A DNA stretch of 64,000 bases from Leidyana gryllorum EB-2025a. Lineage: Eukaryota > Protista > Apicomplexa. Where the stretch lies: contig JBLWGC010000213.1 of NCBI GenBank assembly GCA_048772705.1, forward strand, positions 186,001-250,000, in the 5' to 3' direction. Positions 62,554-64,000 of the stretch are shown here, piece after piece; position 1 is the first letter of the stretch, and each line of letters starts with the position of its first letter. The position numbers and the translations under genes are program-made. The notes under the pieces are model-generated. The model saw only the letters and a program-made list of their open reading frames with translations, had not been told where the DNA came from and ran no database searches.

Positions 62554-62596
62554 GGTGTTATTTGGGCGAGGTAAAAAAAAGAGTGATTTTGAGCGG

Positions 62597-64000
62597 TCAT
62601 CGCCTAACAGTGCTGCGTTTCTTAATCTTCTGCTTCTTGATGTGCTTCTTCATCTTATTCTGACGTTTCTCCCTATTGGCTGCTTTCACCTGTCGTTTCC
62701 ATTCTTTGGGGTCAACACCTTCGGGGATGTTTCCATCAAATTTCACTCCCTCTTCCTCGTCCACTACACTCTCGTCTGCTGCCGGCCGCCCAGACGACGT
62801 CGTCGCATCACTAACGCTCTGACTACTACAAGAATCATCCCCGTCGTCTGCTGGTAGCAACTCAGTGAACCTAGTCTTTTCTCCTCTTTGCTGAGCAGCT
62901 ATCTCCCGTTCCAAAGCTTTCATGTCCGGAATCTGCGCGCGAGAATATTTCAATGCGGATAAGGGAGCTGTACTCAATCATTCTACTCACCTCATGCAGA
63001 CTTGCAGCGGGAATGGTGCCAAAGAACTCTGGCTGTGGCTCCAGCGCACTCGTGTGCTCGCGCTCACTTGTGGTATTGATCACATAATTCAGAGTCCGAG
63101 AACACTCCCGGCCGAACCATCGACGCCGTAATCGGAGTTCGTCCAAACTCAATTGTTTGCCGCCCGCGAAGACGGGTTTTATCACTTCCACTTCGCCAAT
63201 ATCTTCAATACTCTCCTTAGCGGCCGTGACTGTGATTTCGCTCTTCTTTTGCATCATGGGGGCCGTGCCTCTCAAACGCTGACCCTCGAATAGCGCTCGC
63301 CACTGACTTTCTTGGAAAGGCAAATCAAAGTCAGGCCACTCGGCGACGGTCTCTTCAGTCGCCAAAGTGTCAATCTTTTGGGTTACAAAGGTGTACATCT
63401 CCTCCACAGTGAGCAGATCTTTGAAGCTTACGTCCAGCTGCTCCTTCAGCAGTCCTTCGTTTAGTTTGAAAGCGTCTTCCTCGGCAACAGAAACAGTCTG
63501 TGGGCGTATTATGGGCATCAACGAGGCCTCGTGATTGTACTGCACATTGAACCCGTCGTCAGCCTCCACCACTTCGCCCCCCTCGCCCTCGCCTTCGCCC
63601 TCCTCATCGTCGTCGTGATTGCCGACGACGAGTTGATCCGCCGCCGCCACCGCAGTTAAACCGTCGTCGTCCTGACTGCGTAATATTCGGGACCGGAAGA
63701 AGCGCGTGAGGTTCAGACAATCGCGTTTCAAGAAGATCTGTGAGTGACAATGATCACTCTCCATACTCTGAGATACATCGATGAGATAGAGATGGCCTCG
63801 GTGGAAAAGAATGTTATATTCACTCAGATCGCCGTGTATCAGTTTGCACGACTGGAGGAGCACTCGCGTCATTGTGAGCGCTTCAATGTACAGTCGTTTC
63901 CACAGAATCATATCGCGGAAGGCACAATCCTTCAGGCGGGGAGCCACTTGATCGATATCGGAGCCGACGAGGGTCATTAGCAGTACGTGGCTACGGAGTT
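62597..64000 (-). CDS. RIO1: RIO1 kinase (5' part outside the window)
   Basis: APRLKD, LIHGDLSEYNIL, LIDVSQS and FLKRDC; basic C-terminus KAANREKRQNKMKKHIKK after intron 62933-62990. Confidence 0.92.

Noticed and set aside
4879-62990. Frequent ORF breaks suggesting stop-codon reassignment, pseudogenes or non-canonical introns
   Set aside because: In the conserved genes checked (HisRS, pepF, fibrillarin, PNO1, PPWD1, eRF3, RIO1) each break resolves with a canonical GT-AG intron; TAA, TAG and TGA are all used as stops
19905-64000. Apparent clustering of translation and ribosome-biogenesis genes (eIF5A, FBL, PNO1, TPT1, eRF3, RIO1)
   Set aside because: Interspersed with unrelated genes; expected in a reduced genome enriched for housekeeping functions; cannot be tested from one window

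Overview
Eukaryotic, extremely gene-dense window: about 36 protein-coding genes in 64 kb, GT-AG introns mostly 40-55 nt, and many intergenic gaps under 50 bp. No rRNA, tRNA, CRISPR or transposon was recognised. Gene content (PAN/apple secreted protein, alveolate-type PP2C motif KPESPNQDDF, HisRS with a HAL-like extension) suggests a compact alveolate parasite genome (apicomplexan/gregarine- or perkinsid-like); this is inference. Recognisable genes are HisRS, oligoendopeptidase F, USP14/Ubp6, eIF5A, an RRM protein, an RCC1-repeat protein, a TPR protein, fibrillarin, a PAP2 phosphatase, PNO1, PPWD1, a SMYD-type SET protein, Tpt1, a divergent IPK1, PP2C, a class-3 lipase, eRF3 and RIO1. The most notable results are: (1) a multi-exon pentameric ligand-gated ion channel with a true C-x13-C Cys-loop, hidden by an intron, plus an apparent fifth TM helix; (2) a minimal gene architecture, with divergent start codons only 24-27 bp apart sharing a T-tract-GAGC motif, co-directional gaps of 20-49 bp, a TGATG stop/start overlap and overlapping convergent ends. 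All exon structures were inferred by eye and need RNA-seq confirmation.
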